The translations under genes and the position numbers were made by a program. Shown here piece by piece: positions 62,672 through 64,000 of a stretch of DNA of 64,000 bases. Source of the stretch: Lepidodermella squamata (lineage: Eukaryota > Animalia > Gastrotricha); contig JBLDXI010000004.1 of the NCBI GenBank assembly GCA_047495785.1, positions 2,790,001 to 2,854,000 of the forward strand, in the 5' to 3' direction. The notes under the pieces were generated by a model. It was not told the DNA's origin, searched no databases, and worked only from the letters and a program-made list of their open reading frames with translations. Each line of letters begins with the position of its first letter. The stretch's first letter is position 1.

Positions 62672-64000
62672 TCATCTCGACTCACTGGACTGGATTGGAC
62701 TGGACTCATCTTCTTGACTTCCGAATTTCATCTCAATCAAACCGAATCAAATATTATTATCTCTTATTACCTGTGATTTGTTACGATTAAATTTTTTGCA
62801 ACCTATTTGATACCTTCTTTTGACCTTCTTTTCTCTTCATTATTTATTTGAAACTAATTGAATGGTTTGAGGTGAAAAACCTGAATGATACAACAACAAC
62901 AATAACAACTGAAAGTCTCAGAAAGCCTGCAATAATTTGTAATAATAAGTTGGACAATGGCAACAGAAGTAGGAGCAGGAGCAGGAGTACGAGAATAAGT
63001 TCATCAGCAACATTAAAGCCTGTAATAGCCACCCCCACCTGCAACAATAGCTGTAACAGTAACTGGGCTTGGATAAGACGCTCTTTTCATCTACTTGTCA
63101 TATAGATTTCATGTAGATTGCATCTACTTGTCATGTAGATGGCATCTACATGTCGTGTAGATTGCATCTACTTGTCATGTAGATATCATGTAGATAAGGC
63201 CATGTATCATCATGGCTTCATGTTAAGATGATGCTCGGATGAATTGTACATGAAGCTTAGCGATCATCTATGATTCATGTAAGTTACATCCAAGATGCAT
63301 CCTCGCATCAATGTAGATAACATCTAAATGACATCTACATCGACTGTCGATCTATCCTAACTTTATTCCTTGGGTAGCGAAATATTCAATATTTTACCGA
63401 AATTATATTGCAATATTTTCTGAAATTCCGCGATTAATTTTTGAAGTAAAAATAATTACATGAAATTCTTCGTGATTCTCTATAGCACTAAAAATGCGGA
63501 AAAATATTAAAATATTAGTGTTAATAAAATTTTGGCTTAATTTCATATCTATTTCAAGCGATTCAAATTTCTAGATTGCAAAAACTTGCTATTTTCGCTT
63601 ACGAAATTTATCCAAATCAGGAAATCCGCAGCATATTGAAACCGAATTCCCAAATATGAAGCGGGTCTTACTTTTAGCGGAACCAAATTTCGGAAGTTTC
63701 GATGGGCCTAAAACCACTTTTAGAACCTTTTTAGGATGTCACGATTGGTCAGCAAAATTCAAAATATATCATATTTAAATTCAGCGTGAACTTCTGTGTA
63801 AGATGCGTTCATCACTCTAGAATTCATACATTGCCCCGATTTTGTGGGAATTTTGGAAAAGTGACCTTTCGCTCACTAAAATTAGGTTCCGCTAAAAGAT
63901 ATTCTGATATTACTGCAATCGTTATCGCTCAAGAAAAATTATTGACTCAAATCTAGTCGTCAAGCCCTTCCTAATTCCTAATTAAAGCTGCGATGCGACG

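Larger units (their letters stand above)
56716..63374 (+). mobile_element. Complete inner CMC/EnSpm-type transposon (6.66 kb)
   Basis: TIRs CCCAAGGAAAAAA and TTTATTCCTTGGG with TA on both flanks (56714-15, 63375-76). Palindromic ATGTAGATG.CATCTACAT subterminal repeats at both ends. Confidence 0.88.
50725..64000. mobile_element. Outer CMC/EnSpm-type transposon (right end beyond the window)
   Basis: CCCTGACCC.. start followed by TTGG(G)CCCA/TTGGACCAA subterminal repeats; divergent BEN-like gene and Tnp2-type transposase. The left boundary is inferred and the partner TIR is not seen. Confidence 0.55.

Overview
Eukaryotic, transposon-dense window. The 40-60 nt GT-AG introns look invertebrate, plausibly nematode (inference). 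From left to right: (1) a Q/P/M-rich host exon. (2) A canonical Helitron on the minus strand with a multi-exon RepHel and N-terminal AT-hooks. It has been hit three times: a TA-targeting TIR element sits exactly inside its terminal CTAG, a TGT..ACA foldback MITE sits in its 3' region, and a CR1-group LINE sits in its helicase. (3) A secreted C-type lectin gene with four tandem Cys modules. (4) A 5'-truncated MULE transposase with SWIM and an OTU-like tail. (5) The most unusual part, a ~26-kb unit (22.8-48.7 kb). Direct arrays of a ~650-bp repeat carrying a perfect GC palindrome bracket a 31-copy, nearly invariant 405-bp array and a three-gene cassette. The cassette encodes an OB-fold/Zn SSB-like protein, a small helical protein, and a spliced ~1217-aa fusion of Helitron-Rep motif 3, an atypical Pif1/RecD helicase and an SLX1-type GIY-YIG nuclease. 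This looks like a non-canonical rolling-circle (Helitron-like) element. (6) A decayed CR1 fragment. (7) Two nested CMC/EnSpm-type transposons, each with a BEN-domain-like accessory gene. All calls come from reading motifs by eye; no database searches were run.
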